A DNA stretch of 64,000 nucleotides from Octopus sinensis. Taxonomy: Eukaryota. Each line of letters starts with the position of its first letter. The stretch's first letter is position 1. The DNA lies in NCBI RefSeq assembly GCF_006345805.1, contig NC_043002.1, forward strand, positions 75,330,001 to 75,394,000, written 5' to 3'. Below the pieces are notes generated by a model. The model did not search any database. It was not told the origin of the DNA and saw only the letters and a program-made list of their open reading frames with translations. Both the position numbers and the translations under genes were made by a program. This document shows, in pieces, positions 28,752 to 42,150 of this stretch.

Positions 28752-29136
28752 AGGAGTGGCTGTGTGGTAAGAAGCTTACTTTCCAACTGCATGGTCCCTG
28801 GTTCAGTCCCTTGAGCCAACCAAAGCCTAGTGAGTGGATTTGGTAGACAGAAACTGAAAGAAGCCTGTTGTGTGTGTATATATGTATATACATATATATA
28901 TGTATATCTATGTGTGTGTCTGCGTGTCCCCCCCCCCACACACACACTTGAGAACCCGTGTTGGTATGTTTATGTCCCTGTAAGTTAGCAGTTCAGCTAA
29001 AGAGATCAATAAAATAAGTTCTGGGCTTAAAAAATAAAATGTGCTGGGGGATGAGTTATTCAACTAAAATTCATTGGAGCACTGCTCCAGTATGGCCGCA
29101 GTCTAATGACTGAAACAAGTAAAGGAATGAAAGAAT
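28752..29136 (+). mobile_element. Near full-length SINE family A
   Basis: GGAGTGGCTGTGTGGTAAGAAGC head through the GACTGAAACAAGTAAAGG tail. Confidence 0.85.
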
Positions 29137-29499
29137 ATTGTAGACCTTTCTGTCTGATTTACTAATAATCCTGTTAATCCACTAAATAATAGTTTTATTA
29201 TCCCTATTTCGAAGTGTCTTTGAGATGGATGAAGATTGAGAATGAGACAGTTCTTGCCGGCTGACATGTTGCAGGCTTTTGTATTTGCTCTTTTAATATC
29301 CTTATTTAGAAATTGCATAAGATTGTATTGCAGCACCATCACATGATTTCATAACTGAGCCACGATTTCACTGTAGTAAACAACATAGTGGTAACAAAGG
29401 AAATTGCACTTGCTAAACATATAACACTTCAACATTTAATACATATATGCAGTCAGGCTAGACTAGCATTGATCTGTTTATTTTGATTCTTATGTTGTC

Positions 29500-29543
<44 letters not shown>

Positions 29544-32534
29544 TATTATTATTATTACTATTTGTTTTAAATATTTTTGTCATTAATTCTATCCTTAACA
29601 ATTTCCTCCTTTATATGCGTAAACAACAAACAGCTGCAATCACCTCTTGAACCAAACTTCAGCTTGTGTACAAGGATTTTACTTACATATGCCATATGCA
29701 CAAGCATGAAGACATCCATGTGCACAAATATGCATCAATGTATTTATAACTGTTATTTTGCTCCATCAATCAGAAAGTGATTCATAATGGGAAACGGTAA
29801 ACAAATATAATATGATGGGAGGTAGAAGATTTCTCTATTTACCTGAAGAACAATACAAAACAGTAGTAATAAGAAGAGAAGTAATAACAACAAGAACAAT
29901 ACAAAATAATAATAAGAAAAGTAATAATAATAATAATAATAATGAAAGTAACAACAACATTAATAATAATGGTAATAATAATAATAATAATAATAATCAT
30001 CATCTGTGTTGTTAGTTTTATACAATTGTGAGGTATTTTGTGTTCATGTTCAGTGAAGGTGTTTGCACGGTGCAGTGTTATTGTTTTAGTTATGATGAGG
30101 TAATAAGCAAAACATATTAGTGAGATTTCAATGAAGATGTTGGCAACATATTGGTGAAGTTTCTGTAGTTATTTGTATATTCTGGTCAACCAGAATTAAA
30201 AAGTAGCTCCAGCTGAGATAACTTATAATATCAAATGTGACATCGTCATCATTAGCATCATTTTTATGTTCACTTTCACTGTTGGCATGAGTTGGATGAG
30301 TCATCATGGTTCAAATCAGTTCTGCTTGGGTTACAGCCTTCATAGGTACGGTCAGAGAAATCATGCTTTATTTGTCTGTTTCATTTTGGCATGGTTTCTA
30401 CTGCTGGATGTCCTTACCACCAGCTACTTTATAGAGAGTTCTGGGTACACTTCTACAAGTCACAAGTACTAGAGAGGTCATGCCCTCAACAAGACATGAC
30501 TTTGTTCAAAGCCTCCCTTGACCTCAAGTGGCCTGAACTCTTTACATGAACACCACCCTGTACTTAACTCCATGTCCCCCTACATGGCCTTGCTATTTGC
30601 TTTTGAGCCAAATTAACCAACTAACTAACAAACATAAAGGGTCTGCTTGGTCCTAAGTAAAAGATGATTATAGCACCTTAAGTTTTCTTAAGCACTCAAC
30701 CATTTAAGCACTATAGGCTTGACTTTTATTTAAATCATGCCCCCAACAAAACAAGACTAATAGGTCTTCTTGACCTGATGTAAAAGATGCTCACAACATT
30801 AAGATTTCTCAAGCACTTAGACTTGACATTGCTTAACTCCAATGATCAAGTGAGAATTGATGTTTTGAATATGATATGACCATAAATTAATTGAGCTAAC
30901 AGGACTGGAAATGATTTGGCTTAATATTGTCTCCTAATACTCAATAATACCCTGTATATATTGTTATATGATTGCTTGTGTGTATGTGTCTGAGAGTGTG
31001 GGTTGTTGAGAAGATTGAGTTTGGAATGGGAATAATGGGAACGATGTGTTAGCAGATTTAAGTTATTTATCCAGTATTGAAGCAATTGTAATCTAGTGAT
31101 TAACCAATCTTCATTTGCCAGTCACCACAGAAAGTAAATATAGCACTGTAATATCATATCTTGTAGGGCATTGAGATGAAATAAAACTAAGTGTTCTCAA
31201 GTCATACCACCTGACCGATTGCCTTTGACACTCCTGGGGATAGAGTTCTTGCTTAATCAGCATCTCTTCTCAATAGGTGTGTTGGGATGGGAAATATTTT
31301 TGTCGAAACTGAATTCTGCTGTAGAAGTTACTGTTTATAGCCATCTAGTTAAAATAAACTGATGAATTAAAGATCAACTGATAACTGTTGTACATAATTG
31401 GTGTTGCTTTCCATATTATAATAATGAAGGCTGGCAGTGGTTCTTTTTATTGTTTTGTTTGTTTCTCCACCTTTTGTCTTTCTTTTATAGTTTAAAAAAA
31501 AAAAAATTTTTTTCTCTTAGTCTCTTTTCTTGCCCTTCTTCCATATTGATTTACAGAATTGTCTCCTGCAATTATTTTTCATTGTTTTTAATTCTATTAT
31601 TTATTTTCTTTCAGTTTTTAATTTTTGCATTGAAGTTATTGACTTTCCCTCTCTTCCTTCCACCCTCCCTCCTTCCTTCCTCACCTCTCTCTTTCTCATT
31701 CTCTGTCTTTTTCTCTCTTTCATTACATTATTTAAAATGTAATTTATTTTAGCGAATGTGAATTTAGTTACTGTTGCAGTTGCTGTAAGTAGCTCAATGG
31801 TTAAAAGTGTTGGCCTTACAAACTTGATAACATAAAGTCATTTGAAGTTTTGCATTGGCAACAATTGATGCAAAGATGGGTGCATGAGAATATCAATAAC
31901 TTCTATTGCTGTGGAGTGTAAATGAAATGCTTGGTGTTTCAGGTTCTTACTGTCTGAAAGAGGCTACAGAAAGAAGAATGTGTTGATGGACTGGCTACAG
32001 TTGCTGCCCTACAGCCAAGACACTAATTTTATTTCATGAATCCTAGGTCTCATAATGCTGGAGCTGAACTCAGTTCCATCATGACTGAGATTACAAATAC
32101 TCCACCCTGAATAAGATGTTAGGCCTAGCAAACTGAAGCCACATGAAATGAAGTGTTTTGCTCAAGAAGACAACATGCTATCCAGTCTAGGAATAAAAAC
32201 CATGATTTTACAATTGTTAGTGCAATACCCTAAACACTAAGCCATGTGCCTTCACCAAGTTAACAACACTGTTGTCTTTGGCTCCTCTCCACTGGAGTCC
32301 AAAAGCCTAATATGTTAGAAATGGTTGTGTAGATACTGAGGTCTCTGCTTTAATATGTGGTTTCAAGTTCTCTCTTATTGAGTGAGACATTGGGTATCTT
32401 CTTTTGTAGCCTTAGGCCAACCTATGCCTTTTAGATGAAACTGGAAGATGAAAACTAAGGAAATCCATACTGTATGTGTGTGTGTATATATATATATATG
32501 TGTGTGTGTATGTATGTATATATATATGTGTGTG

Positions 32535-32825
32535 TGAAGGCAAGTTGCTTAGTAGTAAGAGCATTTGGCTCATCATGAGGCTGTGAGTTCCATTCCTGGC
32601 AACGTGTAAGATACTTATTTCACGTTGCTCCAGTCCTCTCAGCAGGCAAAAATGAGTAGGGCCAGCCATGTTACACTCTGTATTACACTGAATCTCCCTA
32701 AGAACTACGTTAAAGGTACACATATCTGTGACATGTTCAGCCACTTGCATGTTAATTTCATGAGCAAGCTGTTCCATTGATCGTAGTAGCTGGGACTCTC
32801 CTTGTCATAACCAACGGAGTGCTCC
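32535..32825 (+). mobile_element. tRNA-headed SINE family B
   Basis: TTATTTCACGTTGCTCCAGTCCTCTCAGCAGGCAAAAATGAGTAG...CCACTTGCATGTTAATTTCATGAGCAAGCTGTT, the same family as 5881-6203. Confidence 0.75.
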
Positions 32826-32977
32826 TCCCATGTATATATATATATATATAATATATATATATATATATACACATATATATGATTGGAAGGAGCAGGTCTG
32901 TTCTCAGCATGTTCCTGTAGGATAGAGATTGACAGTTGACAGGGAACTGACACTTTTCCTTGGTAGTCAAGGTAATC

Positions 32978-33244
32978 TGCCTTGAGTGGCTTCTGTGCCA
33001 GTGGCACGTAAAAAGTACCAATCGATCGTGGTCGTTGCTAGCCCCCTCTGCCTCTGTGCCAGTGGCATGTATAAAGCACCCACTACACTCTTGGAGAGGT
33101 TGGTGTTAGGAAGGGTATCCAGCTGTAGAAACACTGCCAAATCAGACTGGAGCCTGGTGTAGCCTCCTGGCTTCCAAGAGCCCTGTTGAACCATCCAACC
33201 CATGCTGGCATAGAAAATGGATGTTAAGCGATGATGATGATGAG
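32978..33244 (+). mobile_element. RTE 3'-UTR fragment with (GAT)n tail
   Basis: AAAGCACCCACTACACTC...GTTAGGAAGGGTATCCAGCTGTAGAAAC...CCATCCAACCCATGCTGGCATAGAAAATGGATGTTAAGCGATGATGATG, the same family as 36705-37093. Confidence 0.75.
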
Positions 33245-33512
33245 TATATCAACCCCTCTTTGGAGGCCTTTGTTTATATTTTGTTGTCTCTTATTATTTT
33301 TCCTTATGCAGTTTCATGTCAACTGCTCCCTGTATTGTCTCGCCTTTTTGTATTTTCCCCCAGTATCTTTGGGCATACACAGCCAATAAAGAAAGTATTG
33401 TCATTGTTGTTATTCATGTTGTTGTGTTTACATTGGACTCTGCTTACTGTTTAAGAGCTGAAACAGACTCTAGTCAACTAGCAGTTTTATATATATATGC
33501 GTGTGTTTTTAT

Positions 33513-33587
<75 letters not shown>

Positions 33588-34254
33588 GCTGTTGAGAAAA
33601 GAATAGCCATTCTCATTATTGTCACGATTGCTTTCAGCCTATCATTATCTGGGTATCCTATGTTTCACTGCCAGTTATTTGAAATGGATTTTTAAAGAAC
33701 TGTTAGCAATGCATCTATCTCTGTATATTTTATCTGGCAACAATACCTGTATATGTAGATATAAATGCTTGTCTATTCCTAGTGATGGATTTGTGTGTGT
33801 AGCCATAGCATTTATTTCTCAGTGGGTGAGTGTAAACATTGGATAGGTATACAGAGATGTGCATTCATGTGTATAAGCAGTATAGGTGTGTGTGTATATA
33901 TAATAAATCTATTGCTAAGTGTTTAGTTGTATTATAATTTTCATTTTGTTGGAGAGATATGGTGCATCTCTCTCTCTCTCTCTCAGATGTTAACTGAAAT
34001 AAAATTCCTTTTGTCTTTCTGGAAACTACCATTACTTATTATTATTATTATTATTTCCACATAATGGAAAGTTCTTATGTTCTCTATCCAGTAAGTAAGT
34101 TATATTGTTCCATAATTATAGCTTGGTATTCTACACTCAGTGATCTACTTCTGTTTGTGTGTGTATGTATATATATATATGTGTGTGTGTCTGTGCAATA
34201 CATGTTTGTGTTTCTGCATGTGTGAATTTGTGATGTATACATTTCTTATTCATG

Positions 34255-34257
34255 CTA

Positions 34258-34305
<48 letters not shown>

Positions 34306-34320
34306 TACATACATACATAC

Positions 34321-34384
<64 letters not shown>

Positions 34385-34385
34385 G

Positions 34386-34442
<57 letters not shown>

Positions 34443-34443
34443 G

Positions 34444-34522
<79 letters not shown>

Positions 34523-34533
34523 ATATATATGTA

Positions 34534-34584
<51 letters not shown>
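34255..34584. repeat. Higher-order minisatellite of alternating (TA)n-TGTA-(TG)n blocks
   Basis: The unit ATATGTATGTGTGTGTGT recurs about 8 times with variable run lengths. Confidence 0.9.
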
Positions 34585-35364
34585 CGACAGAGGTATGTTT
34601 GTACATGTGTTGAGAACAGACAATTATGAACTGTAGTTGTTTGCATATAATTTGTTCCAAGAAAAAAAAAAACATCTACAAAACTATTGGCAAAATATTA
34701 AATTCCCTATGAAACATTCCATTATCAATGCCATCATCACCACCACCACTTTCATATTTGTATTCCTTCCCTCAGTTCCTCCCTCCTTCCCCTTTCTCTC
34801 TCTCTGACTGCCTGTCTGTCTGTCTGTCTGTCTGTCTCTCTTGCTTCTCTCTCCTTCCGCCCTTCTTTCATTTGCTCATTCAGTTATTCATTTATTTAGT
34901 TGCTGTTTTATGGCTTATTAATTGATGTTTAGCTAACACCGTCTAATTAGGATTTTGTTTGTAGTGTTGTTAGAACTCTGACGAGGTTTCCAGTGTGCAT
35001 TGTTCCTGACTAGCAGCAATGCTTGGAATTCTTGCCTGTCAATGCCATTAAGAAACCAGCAAGGAGTCTTGAGCTGCAATCGAATCAGATTTGCCGTTGC
35101 TTCGTGTAAATAGGTACTAAAATACATAAATAATTACCGCTACTGACAATCATCATCATCATCATCATCGTCGTTGTTGTTGTTATGATCATTGTCATCA
35201 TTATCATTATTAGTACTAACTATGCAGGTATTTATTTCCATTTATTTTCCCCCTGGCAAATGTGGGTTAGATGGATCTGCAAGATTACTTTGTCTCCGTG
35301 ACCTCCATCTGCTGTCTGTCTTTTTGCATCTTATCTCTCTCTCTATGTATGTATGTATGTATGT

Positions 35365-35425
<61 letters not shown>

Positions 35426-35443
35426 TATATATATAGCTATCAT

Positions 35444-35797
35444 AGGTGGAGGAGTGGCTGCATGGTAAGTAGCTTGCTTATCAACCAACCAACCACATGG
35501 TTCTGGATTCAGTCCCACTGCGTGAATGGATTTGGTTGGTGGAAAATGAAAGAAGCCACACACACACACACACACACACATATATGTGTGTGTGTGTGTG
35601 TCTGTGTTTGTCTCCCCAGCATCGCTTGACAACTGATGCTGGTGCGTTTACGTCCCCGTAACTTAAGCGGTTCGGCAAAAGAGACCGATAGAATAAGTAC
35701 TAGGCTTACAAAGAATAAGTCCTGGGGGCGATTTGCTTGGCTAAAGGCGGTGCTTCAGCATGGCCTCAGTCAAATAACTGAAATAAGTAAATGAATA
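35444..35797 (+). mobile_element. SINE family A with internal deletion
   Basis: Head, then a jump from CCCACTGCGTG directly to AATGGATTTGG, (CA)n(TG)n linker and intact tail. Confidence 0.85.
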
Positions 35798-36328
35798 TAT
35801 AAAATTGCCTGTTCACCCACATACACACACATATATATATATACATTTTCTATCCTTTCTCTCCTTCAATCTCTCTCTTTACTCCTCTCTCATCAGCTCC
35901 TCCCCCAGTTCATCTTAATTCCCCAAATCAACAAAGGCACCTTTACGTAGTCATTGACCTGCGGGTAAAAGCAGCAGAAAATCCCTCAAATAACAGCTAG
36001 TCATCTTAAAAAAGGAAGGACACATTGGATAATATCTAAGGCACTCAATATCTCAGAGAAATCTACTATTTATTGTATCAGTCTATGAGGTGGCTAAGTT
36101 ACCTTACTGACAACACCCGTTTTAATTGATGTTGGTGCTGTAATAACAAACAGAAACACACACATACATACAGTGGGCTTCTATATAGTCTCTGTCAAGT
36201 TTCATTTTCAAGATATTGGTCAACCTGAGTAAAGACAATTGCCTAAAGTGCTGGAGAATGGGATCAAATCCAGAACCATGTAGTACTGAAGTATACTTCT
36301 CATGACCACATATCTGTGTGTGCATGTT

Positions 36329-36366
<38 letters not shown>

Positions 36367-36704
36367 TATGTATGTATGTATGTATATGTATATATTCATT
36401 TAATATTTTATATCTGGTTTCCATGGCTGGGATGGTATTTTTGTAAGAGCCTTTTTTTTTGTCTTTCAACAGCTGGATATCCTTTCTCCTGTTAAGCTCC
36501 CAGCTCTTCAAATCAGAGTCTAACCTTATTTTCATTTGTCAGGCAAGTAAGAATTACGTACCCCCTATAGGGGGCACCATAGAAAGGAAGCAATATGATT
36601 TGAACTTAAGATAAAAAGTGGTCTGACAGCTATTGTGCTTACATAACTATGATTGTGTGTGTACATGTATTTATAATATATGGCATGTGTTTATATTATT
36701 AATA

Positions 36705-37093
36705 GAGGCAATGACTAGTGACTGTGACATTTGGCAATATGCTGTGCCTGGGAAGACCTGTCAAGCCAAGTGAAATCATAATTGTGGCTGATGCTGGTGT
36801 CACGTAAGTGGCACCCATGCTGTTGGCACAAAAAAGGTCCTTTCGAGTATTTGGCCTCATGGGGGCAATGACCAAGATCTTTGGCATTATGTTGTGCTTG
36901 AGTAGATGACCCATCAAGCTGAGCAAAATTGCATGTAAAAGCACCCATAACACTCTCAGAGTGGTTGGTGTTAGGAAGAGCATCCAGCCATAGAAACCAT
37001 GCCAAATCTGGTGCAGCCTTCCAGCTTGCCAGCCCTGGTAAAACTGTCCAACCCATGCCAGCATGGACAACAGACATTAAATGATGATGATGA
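36705..37093 (+). mobile_element. RTE LINE 3' end with duplicated ORF terminus and (GAT)n tail
   Basis: Starts GCAATGACTAGTGACTGTGACATTTGGCAATATGCTGTG (AMTSDCDIWQYAV..KTCQAK*), an RTE C-terminus. A second degenerate copy follows near 36865. It ends GACATTAAATGATGATGATG. Confidence 0.7.
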
Positions 37094-39760
37094 TTTTTAT
37101 TAATTATACACTCATGTCTAATAAACACAGCTTGCAATGATTAACTGGTAATTTTTGTTGCAAGCCAAGAAACTAACTCTATCCCATCCTATCCCAGAGT
37201 TTAAATTTTTACTTGGAACCACATAATTCACTTACTTAATACATGCCATTAATAAAGGTATATTTAGTGTCACACCTCCCCACCTATGTGGTTATGTAAT
37301 AAATCTTTACATGCACCCACATGCATACACATGCACAAGCACACATCCAAACATATACATACTCTCTCTCTCTCTCTTTCTCTCTTTTATACACATACAT
37401 ATATACCACCATCAGTTTCACCAGATCAAAATAAATAGTCTGAAAGCTGAACTTATATATATTTGTCTGTTATAAGGGAATGTAATGTAAATTAGCCGGA
37501 TAACTCAGCCTGTAGTCAGTAAATTCTGAAGCAATTAACCTGCCGTGGCTTTGATTTTGTTTTGAAAGCTTTTAAAACTGAAGAATTACTGTTTGGCAAT
37601 GATTTACTCTTCAAATGTCATTTCTATCTCTTCCTCCTCTCTCTCTCCCTCTCTCATTCACCCTTTCTCTCTTCCTCCATTCTGTCTTTTACTCTTTCCC
37701 CCCCCCTCTCCCTCTTTATATCTCTTATTTATTTTCATCTTGTCATGTGAAATTCTGCTAAAATGTGTTTCCCTGGGGAATTATTCTTAAAAATTGGAAA
37801 GTAATTTTATATTACTTATGATTTCTCTTTTGAAATCTTGCCCACAAACCAAGATACACTTATTTCGTTGGTCCATCGTTGTCGGTCGGTTGTTGGCATG
37901 TTTTCCTTAATCTTCGTTGGCATTAATTTGTTATGACAGATGGTGAATAGGTTCTCGTTTATCAATTTGGCTTAGGAAAGCACCATTACAGGTTCTCTCT
38001 TACACGACAGGTAGTGCGTACTGTTTACATAGAGCACTTATATCGCCAACATGTTTACTTAGAAAAATATGTCTAATATTTGATTCATAGCAATTTTCTT
38101 AAGATTAAGTAATGTGAGTGTTTCACATCACTGCTGCTGCCACCACTACCAATCTTAATATCACCATCTATCTCCTACCACCACTCTTTCCATTGCCTTC
38201 ATCCAAGCCATCATGCTTGAGATGCTTTATATAAATTTTGGTCAGATTTAGCCTTGGCCAGGTCTAATGACACTACCTTATCATCATCTTTGTCATCACC
38301 ATCATCATAATCATTTTAATACTCTGCATTATCCCTGTTATTTACTACAGTTATTACCACCATCATTATCAGTGATTTTTATGTTGTTGCTATTGTAGTT
38401 GTTGCTCTTGTTGTTGTTGTTATTATTATTAGTAGTAGTATTCTTATTATTAAGCAGCAAGTTGGTAGACTAGCAGCATTTCTTCTGGTTCTTTGCATTC
38501 TGAGTTCAAATACTGTTGAGGTTGGTTTTCCCTGTCATCTTTTCAGAGTAGATTAAATAAATATCATCATCACCACCACCACCACATGCTATATTAGTTA
38601 ACAGGGATGTTGTCTTGATGTTTGGTGACAAGTTTCTAGAATCTTTCTAAGGATTCTTGATAATACAAGATTGATTGCACATTCGTGTAATATAGGATTG
38701 AGGGTAATAATGTTTAATATAAGGTTGCCCTTATTATAGTTGTTGTTGTTGTTGTTGTCTATTTTGGTTGTAGTAAATGGCCACATGTTTGGAGCCATTT
38801 TCAATCCCATGCTTGTTGTCTCTTTGGCTTCAGTGTATTTTGGCTCTTGACCCATTGCTGTGAAAGCTTGAGGCACTAAGAAGTATCCCACTTGATCTGG
38901 GATGATTACAAATTGTTAATACTCCATTCATAATGATGGTTACTTTCCAGAATAAAGTGTGTAATTCATGTTGATTGCTACACGATATGAATAAAAAAAC
39001 AAAAGAAAAAAAAACAAAAACAGTCTTCTGAGTGAAGGCATTTGTGAACATTAGCTCTTTCTTGGTATTCGGTTACTAAACATTACTTTTACTACGATGT
39101 TTTGATTCTAAATATTAACTCTATTACTGTATCCAATCCCTAAACACTGTCTCACTAGGTTGTTATACTCGGTTAATAAACGTCGACTGTGTTATTCAGT
39201 TACTAAACATTAACTTTGTTGTGGTGTTCAGTTACCATATACTTTGATCTGCTGTGGTGTATATTTACTAAACATATTGCTGTATACAGCTGAATACACT
39301 AGATATTTAAGCTGAGATCAGTACCTAAGTATTCCACACCTCTACCTCTATCCCCCATTTCATCTCTGAGACAGAGAACAGATCAAGAGGGAAGCAAGTA
39401 TGACTAGATATCTCTGAACATGAGAGGTGAGATTTGAGAAACAAGTTGAACTGTCACCAGATATTGTGTTGGTGATGTTGGTAATAATGATGTAGTAATG
39501 AAGTAAAGAGGCGTGACATGTATATACATATGCATGTGTGTGTGTGTGTATGTTTATAGTTACCCTCTATGAATACTAGGAGTGGTTGCCACTTTTTACT
39601 TCTCACTCCATGCCTTCAAAGCTATGTGAAAGATCCCTTATTTGGGGGGTGGATTACTTGACAAAGAGGCAAGGGTTAGTGACAGAAAAAGCATCCAGTT
39701 ATAATACAGTGCTTCAGTAATATATCTGTCTAACCCACCTTAGCATATAAAAGGAAGAAG

Positions 39761-39809
<49 letters not shown>

Positions 39810-39845
39810 CATACATACATACATACATATGCATACACACGCATG

Positions 39846-40398
39846 TGAGTGGGTGCTGAAAAGTTCCTGGCCTTGGGTAAAAGAAAATACAGGAGGATCA
39901 GTTAATTATGATTTTATTGTGGCTGTATAGTAGAAGGTTTGCTTCACAACCACATGGTTGTGAGTTTAGTCCCATTGCATGACACCTTGGACACTTGGGC
40001 TGACTAAAGCCTTGTGAGTGGATTTGGTAGATGGAAACTGAAAGAAGCCCAGTACACACACACACACAACTGATGTTGGTGTGTTTGCAACTTTGTAGTT
40101 TAATGGTTTGGCAAAAGAGACCAATAAAATAAGCACTAGGCTTACAAAGAATAAGTCTTGGGGTCGATTTCTTTGACTAAAAACCCTTTAAGGTAGTGCA
40201 CCAGCATGACCGCAGCCAAATGACTGAAACAAGAAAAGGAATAAAAGAATATCTTCTCTCAGATTCACACAATTATTGCACAATTATTGCAGCGATCCTT
40301 CAGTTCTTCTAAGCCCTGTAAAAGAACTCGGAAGGTTGGACCTCTAACCAGGCCTTTCGTAAGACCCATAAAGCCAGGAACTTTTCAGCGTTCCTCTG
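39846..40398. mobile_element. Tc1/mariner-type MITE interrupted by a SINE
   Basis: Left end GGGTGCTGAAAAGTTCCTGGCCTT and right end AAAGCCAGGAACTTTTCAGCGTTCC form a TIR pair. Internal sequence matches the copy at 61365-61801. A SINE occupies about 39919-40250. Confidence 0.8.
39919..40250 (+). mobile_element. SINE family A nested in mariner MITE
   Basis: GTGGCTGTATAGTAGAAGG head through the GACTGAAACAAGAAAAGGAATAAAAGAAT tail, flanked by the two halves of the MITE. Confidence 0.85.
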
Positions 40399-41690
40399 TG
40401 TGTGGGGGCGGATAGAGAGGGAGAGAGAGAGATTGTGTGCCTCTTTATCCACTGTTTGCTATCAAATAAACTCAGCCTAACCTCTGACAACAAAAGATTT
40501 TCCCCTTATCTTCTACTTACTGACTGGCTGATTGAAAGTCTATATAGCATTGATTGATAACACCACAGCAGTGTTTCTCTTGTTAAATCTCTGAACAAAT
40601 CCTAGATGCTTTACCAATGTCTTAATAATGATAGCACTATGCGAAAGGTATGTAGTGTAGTATATATATGTATGCTTCTATCTGTGTGTTCTTAGATTTA
40701 ACAGTCTGAGCATTCTTCTTCCGCTCCCACCCCCAACCTTGTATACACATTTACCTACCATCTCTGCCACTAGCACTGCCAATTCTTTGCACCATTTACC
40801 GACTTTTGCCCCTCACTCACTCACTCACTCTCTCTCTCTCGCTCATTTGATACAATGATACAACTTGTTTTTATATTTTCATTCAGCACCAACGCCACTA
40901 TCTCCTCTGCCAGCATGCTCTCCCACCCGACTCCTCTATAGACATTTTGTTATCTCTTAGTGTCAAGCTGCCAGTAGTTACGTAAGGTGCATGTTTATGC
41001 GTGTGTGTATGTACACACACACACACATGTATGTGCATATATATGTTTGTGTGTGTATATATATATATATAGTTTTGATAAAACTAACAGGATAAATAAA
41101 ACTTCATCTTCCTCTCTCTGTATCTATATAAATGTTTTGTTTTCCAACATGGGTTTTTATAATAAAAACATGAAGTCAAAGAATTACTCAATACTTTTTG
41201 AAGGGTACACATTTTTATTTTTCCAGGAAAAAGGATGATAGTGACTTCGAAGTTTTGGCTTGCTTGCCTTTGTCAGACTGTGTGTATTTATGAATGCGGT
41301 GTGTGTATTTATGAATGCGGTGTGTGTATGTATACATATGTGTGTGTATGCACACACATTCATGGCACCAGCACTGATGAGCCCCCAAATAAGGAAAGCA
41401 CAGCAGGGGACTGCCTGTATGCAAGGACAATCAACACACATACACACACACATCCTTTGAAACACATACATACAAAAGATTTGTCTATCAAATTTCACTC
41501 ATAAGTCATTACTCAACCTGAGGCTGTAGTAGGGAACATTTTCCCAAAGTGGTCACTCAACAACACTGAGTCCTGAGATCACATATTTGTGAAATGAACA
41601 TTTTTTACCTTGTGGGTATCATCTAACAATAATGTACTATAATGGTGATAAACACATATATAAAAAGAATGGGTTACAGACGCTTCTAAC

Positions 41691-42078
41691 AGGTGCATGA
41701 GTGGCTTAAAACCACATGGTTCTGGGTTCAGTCCCACTGCGTGGCACCTTGGGCAAGAGTCTTCTACTATAACCTCAGGCTGACCAAAGCCTTGTGAGTG
41801 GATTTGGTAGACGGAAACTGAAGGAATCCCATTGTATATGTGTATATATATTTACATATATGTATGTGTGTATATGTGTTTTTGTTTGTTCCCCTAACAT
41901 CGCTTGACAATTGATGGTGGTGTGTTTATGTCCCTGTAACTTAGCGGTTCGGCAAAAGAGACTGATAGAATAAGCACTAGACTTACAAAGAATAAGTCCT
42001 GGGGTCGATTTGCTCAACTAAAGGCGGTGCTCCAGTATGGCCGCAGTCAAATGACTGCAACAAGTAAAGAAGAAGTAA
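41691..42078 (+). mobile_element. SINE family A
   Basis: Head with a short deletion (GAGTGGCTTAAAACCACATGG); body and tail match the family. Confidence 0.85.
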
Positions 42079-42107
42079 ATATGCTTAAGTCTATAGTGGT
42101 TACTTAG

Positions 42108-42150
<43 letters not shown>

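Noticed and set aside
36561-36574. Perfect 14-bp palindrome CCCCCTATAGGGGG (Helitron 3' hairpin candidate)
   Set aside because: No CTRR terminus at the expected distance and no other Helitron features.
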